Shown here piece after piece: positions 60,423 through 64,000 of a stretch of 64,000 nt of DNA. The stretch spans positions 2,656,001 to 2,720,000 of the forward strand of contig OZ255721.1 of assembly GCA_965277285.1 (NCBI GenBank), given 5' to 3'. Under the pieces are notes generated by a model that did no database searches, was not told the DNA's origin, and saw only the letters and a program-made list of their open reading frames with translations. A program made the position numbers and the translations under genes. This DNA comes from Abditibacteriaceae bacterium (GTDB taxonomy: Bacteria > Armatimonadota > Abditibacteriia > Abditibacteriales > Abditibacteriaceae). Numbering within the stretch: the first letter of the stretch is position 1; every line of letters begins with the position of its first letter.

Positions 60423-60511
60423 AAAGGAAAAGCGATGAGCGATGCGAACTGAAGATCGAGTACTCGATTGGAATACTCATCGCTCAGTCTCGTTCGCTCA
60501 TCGCTTGATAT

Positions 60512-60718
60512 TTACTCGGCGGGCGGCAATTGCGCGCCACGATTGCGGATCGTCAAAATCTGGCGACCATTGTAAACGCCACAAATGGTGCAAACGCGAT
60601 GCGGCAAAATCGTCGCACTGCAAGACGGGCAGGTCGTTGTCGTCAGTTTCGCCGCTTTCCAGTTCGCGCGGCGAGTGCGCACGCGAGCGTGCGATTTACG
60701 TCTCTTCGGGAGTGCCAT
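60512..60718 (-). CDS. rpmF: 50S ribosomal protein L32
   Basis: MALPKRRKS, CPSC...HRVC..CG.Y. Confidence 0.95.
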   Translation of the reverse strand: MALPKRRKSHARVRTRRANWKAAKLTTTTCPSCSATILPHRVCTICGVYNGRQILTIRNRGAQLPPAE

Positions 60719-61226
60719 TTTGTTCCTTCTTGTTCCAGTTCTTCAGGGCCGCGAGACGCAAGTCTTCGCCCGTTTCCACATACTTTTCGGCTTCCGGCAA
60801 ACCGGCGCAATCTTCACTGCACAGCGGCTTTATCGGCGATTGCAGCACAATCGCCTGGCGAATCAATTCCAAAACATCCAGCGAATGATCGTCAAAAAGG
60901 CTGGATATTTCTTCGTCCGCTTCTTCTTCGTCCATTTCGCCAGCCGCGTTAGGAATCAGCGCGCGAAAAAAACTCATCGGCGCGACCGCTTCCAATTCCA
61001 ACTCCACAGGCTGCGCGAATTCCTTCAAACAGCGCGCGCACTGCATCGTGACCGAAGTTTGGGCGTTGCCACCGACAACGATGTTTTGACGCGCATTGGT
61101 CGCGCGCACGACACCAATCGTTGGTTCGACCAGATCGATGTCGTCCAGCGTGAGCGGCGCGAGATTGATCGCTCGTTCCACGGTTTTGCCCGGCGTGCGC
61201 AACACATCCGTCAAGTCCAGATACAT
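60696..61226 (-). CDS. yceD: DUF177/YceD family protein
   Basis: CARCL, P..PLCSEDC.GL; upstream of rpmF. Confidence 0.88.
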   Translation of the reverse strand: MYLDLTDVLRTPGKTVERAINLAPLTLDDIDLVEPTIGVVRATNARQNIVVGGNAQTSVTMQCARCLKEFAQPVELELEAVAPMSFFRALIPNAAGEMDEEEADEEISSLFDDHSLDVLELIRQAIVLQSPIKPLCSEDCAGLPEAEKYVETGEDLRLAALKNWNKKEQNGTPEET

Positions 61227-61511
61227 CGTTTGCTTCGCCCGCCTTTAGCAATCGCTTTAGGCAACTGATTTGAACAGTTGCTTTTGCCGCAACCGCTTCA
61301 CTTTCCCCAAACCAGAAACTCGCATTGAAAAAGTTGCCGAATTGGAATTTTAGAAGTCGGCGCGCCTTTTGTCAAGTTCCCAGCCTTTGCAAGACGTTTT
61401 GCAAGGCGCTTTGACGAACACAAAATCCGTCAATCGAGTACTCGATTCTCGTTTTTACGCACGAAAAAGTCCGGCTTCACCGCGAAGCCGGACTTTGAAA
61501 ACAAAGGGCAA

Positions 61512-62084
61512 TTAGTCGAGCGAATCGTTACCGTCGTGATGGCGCGAGCGATCCGAACCTGAAGTTTCGGGATAAATGTTGCCGCTGTTATAGCGGTTGC
61601 TATTATAGCCTTTGTTGTAGGTGTTGCTGTAGCTGTTGTTAGAACGGTTGTAATTATAACCGTTATTGTAGCTGTTGTTACGGTTGTAACCATTGTTGTT
61701 ATCGTGGGGATAACCGTTGTAGCCACCGCCGTTGTAGCCACCGCCGTTGTAGCTACCACTGTTGTAAGCATAGCCATAGCTATTATCGTAACGGTTGTTA
61801 TAGCCGTAATTGTTGTTGTACCCATCACGGCGATGGTGACGCCAGTAATCGTCGCGCGTTTCCTGGCCTTTCGAGTAAGCGTAGTAAGCGCCAGCGCCAG
61901 CGATAACGGCAGGAAGCGTTTTGCCTTGCGAACCCAAAATGATACCAGCAACGCCCAAGCCAATAGCAGCGTTGTCGTATTGTTCGCGGCTGGTAGCCTG
62001 CGCACTTGTCGCGGTCAAGCCGGAAAGGGCGATGACGCCGCCCGCCAACAATACCATGCCACGCATTTTTGTTTGAGTTTTCAT
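61512..62084 (-). CDS. exported Tyr/Asn/Gly-rich low-complexity protein
   Basis: Signal peptide, Gly-zipper-like segment, YNGGG/YNN repeats. Confidence 0.75.
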   Translation of the reverse strand: MKTQTKMRGMVLLAGGVIALSGLTATSAQATSREQYDNAAIGLGVAGIILGSQGKTLPAVIAGAGAYYAYSKGQETRDDYWRHHRRDGYNNNYGYNNRYDNSYGYAYNSGSYNGGGYNGGGYNGYPHDNNNGYNRNNSYNNGYNYNRSNNSYSNTYNKGYNSNRYNSGNIYPETSGSDRSRHHDGNDSLD

Positions 62085-62341
62085 CGTCTTGTCCTTTGGC
62101 CTCGCGCATTTTTGCAGTCATGTCTTGCCCGCGAGAGTGAGGTTGCAGACGAGTACTCGAAATGCGAGTTCACTCATTTATCTATCAAAAATAATGTGGT
62201 AATTCTCAGATACAAACCTGGAACGCGAGCAACGCGCTTCATTGAGCCGCCAGCAAAAACAAAAGCATCCACGAAAACATTTTTCGTGGATGCCAGAAGT
62301 TTCAGGAGTTTGGACAACGCGGCTGGTAGTTTGATGGCGTT

Positions 62342-62941
62342 TTAGTTTTTCAGTGAATCGCCTTCACCTTCTCCAAAGTCGACGCCTTCGAGCAATTTGA
62401 CGAACTTGCTAATTTCTTCGGGCGACGATTCGGGCGCGACATCTTCCACGCGCGACGGCAATTCGCTGGTATCTTGCAATTGCTCGGCGCTCAATGGGTC
62501 TTCGCCAAGTTGCTCTTCGCTCAAGACTTCTTCGCGCTGAATGCCGGTTTTCTCGATGACCTGATCGCTGACCCAAATCTGACATTGCGTGCGCAAAGCG
62601 AGAGCAATTGCATCGGATGGGCGCGCGTCAATTTCCTGCACTTGCTCTTGCGCATCGTGCAACGTTTCCAAGTGCAAAGTCGCGTAATAAACCTGCTTTT
62701 CAAAATCGTTGACCGTGACTTTGACCAGGCGCACGTCCATTTCGCGCAAAATGTTGGCGATCAAGTCGTGCGTCATCGGGCGCGGCGGTTGCTGGCTGTC
62801 GAGTTCCATTTGAATCGACATCGCTTCGGCTGGCCCGATCCAAATCGGCACAAACGTGCGATGCTCCTCGTCGCACAGCAAAACCAACGGGTTGTTCTGC
62901 TGATCGATGCCAATCCCTTCCACCGTCATTTTCGTCATCAT
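62342..62941 (-). CDS. bifunctional nuclease family (DUF151)
   Basis: PIWIG..EA, RPMTHDL, DARPSDAIALA. Confidence 0.9.
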   Translation of the reverse strand: MMTKMTVEGIGIDQQNNPLVLLCDEEHRTFVPIWIGPAEAMSIQMELDSQQPPRPMTHDLIANILREMDVRLVKVTVNDFEKQVYYATLHLETLHDAQEQVQEIDARPSDAIALALRTQCQIWVSDQVIEKTGIQREEVLSEEQLGEDPLSAEQLQDTSELPSRVEDVAPESSPEEISKFVKLLEGVDFGEGEGDSLKN

Positions 62942-63111
62942 AACCGTTGCTCTCCTGCGCAGTTTTCTCGGACAAATCCAACTTTTATTTTACAATACCT
63001 GCAAAGGTCGACTTGCCAAAACGCCGCGCGTTCCGCCACCTTTGGGTTCGCTCATCGAGTACTCGAATTCCCTTTTCGTTCTGCGCGAATTTGGCCACTT
63101 CAACCAATCGT

Positions 63112-63825
63112 TCAAACCAGCAATTCTCGGGCGATTTCCAGCGCGCGCCCATCATGCCAAAGTTCCGCCATTTCATGGTTCGTCTTCTCGAAAGCGAAAA
63201 CAGCGGTCGCCATCGCGCGCAATTGTTCCACTGCCAGGCGCGCGTCCTCATTGAACGGCGTTTGGTTGGTGCAAACGAAATAGAAGGGAATTTGTTCCGC
63301 TCGCGCCCAACGCGCCAAGTGCAAAGCGGCAAAGGGAAGTTCATCGGAAGCGCAGATTTTTATGGCGCGCGGATAAGAAACTGCGGCGAAGCGCTGCTGA
63401 AAATCGTCTTTTTGCGCGGCTTGATAACGTTCGAGAAAAATTGGACGTTCGCCGTGCGTTGGCAAAACGACGCGATAAGGCGTTTCAAAAGCCGTTGATG
63501 TCGATGGCGTTTTTACTGGTGCGTACAAAAGCGGCACGTTTTGGTTTTCGCGCAAAATTAAGAGCCCATTGGAATCGTCGCCGATGGGATTTCCCAGCAA
63601 TGCGACGCGTTGTTGCGCGCTTTGCAGCAGTTGTGCGACGCGCCACATCAAGCCGCCAGTTGTACGCTCTTCGCGTTCAATGGCAAATCGAGTACTCGAA
63701 TGTGCCTGGTTCAAAGCGGCATCGAGATGTAGAACGTAATCGACGCCGATGATGCCGTGCAACAAAACATCGAACGGCGTTTCGTGTGGCGACTCAACAA
63801 GCGCAGTTTCAGAAGGAACGTTCAT
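63112..63825 (-). CDS. hypothetical protein with PfkB-like N-terminus
   Basis: G..GVD, GG, LLGNPIGDDSNG; no C-terminal GAGD motif. Confidence 0.55.
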   Translation of the reverse strand: MNVPSETALVESPHETPFDVLLHGIIGVDYVLHLDAALNQAHSSTRFAIEREERTTGGLMWRVAQLLQSAQQRVALLGNPIGDDSNGLLILRENQNVPLLYAPVKTPSTSTAFETPYRVVLPTHGERPIFLERYQAAQKDDFQQRFAAVSYPRAIKICASDELPFAALHLARWARAEQIPFYFVCTNQTPFNEDARLAVEQLRAMATAVFAFEKTNHEMAELWHDGRALEIARELLV

Positions 63826-64000
63826 AAATAAGGAGGCTGGAATTACGCGAGAAAATTGGCGCGACGATGAACGCGTTCGGAGGTTGCGCGTCGTTGATAA
63901 GACGTTAACGCTTCACTGTAAAAATAAAGCGCATCGTCATCTTGGAAAGCGGAGCGCGACGCTACAAAACTTGTCTTTTCTGGCCTTTCCGTAAATTGCG

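Larger units (their letters stand above)
669..63699. repeat. highly iterated palindrome TCGAGTACTCGA (dispersed)
   Basis: ~52 exact copies by manual count, plus ~20 near-matches. Confidence 0.97.

Noticed and set aside
669..63699. Palindrome as CRISPR repeat, parS or integron attC
   Set aside because: Only 12 bp, irregularly dispersed and inside CDSs; no cas or integrase gene; does not match the parS consensus

Overview
Replication-origin region of a moderately GC-rich bacterium, tentatively of the Abditibacteriota/Armatimonadota type (inferred from gene content and protein style, not verified). Core genes: serS, dciA, recF, dnaN, oriC, dnaA, rpmH-rnpA-yidD-yidC-jag, gmk, coaBC, metK, prfB, galU, rnd, alr, rnc and the yceD-rpmF-plsX-fabH-fabD-fabG-acpP-fabF cluster. 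Accessory parts: a copper-type operon, a sulfatase locus, an STM4015-STM4011-like radical SAM/ATP-grasp cluster and two IS elements. Main findings: (1) The 12-bp palindrome TCGAGTACTCGA occurs about 52 times exactly (manual count), plus about 20 near-matches. It is found both between genes and in-frame inside essential genes, but not inside either IS. (2) Two tandem tRNA-like ncRNAs lie between gmk and coaBC. Their anticodon loop is replaced by a shared, covarying stem resembling the Y-RNA Ro60-binding stem. (3) A Cys-rich leader ORF ends in a RAPP arrest motif, and its stop region base-pairs with the RBS/start of a cupredoxin gene. (4) A 2,525-bp IS1-like element with cargo genes, 21-bp TIRs and an 8-bp TSD is part of a ~7 kb block separating dnaA from oriC/dnaN. 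Note: the ORF track labels 12385..13257 as + strand, but the protein it shows is encoded on the - strand.
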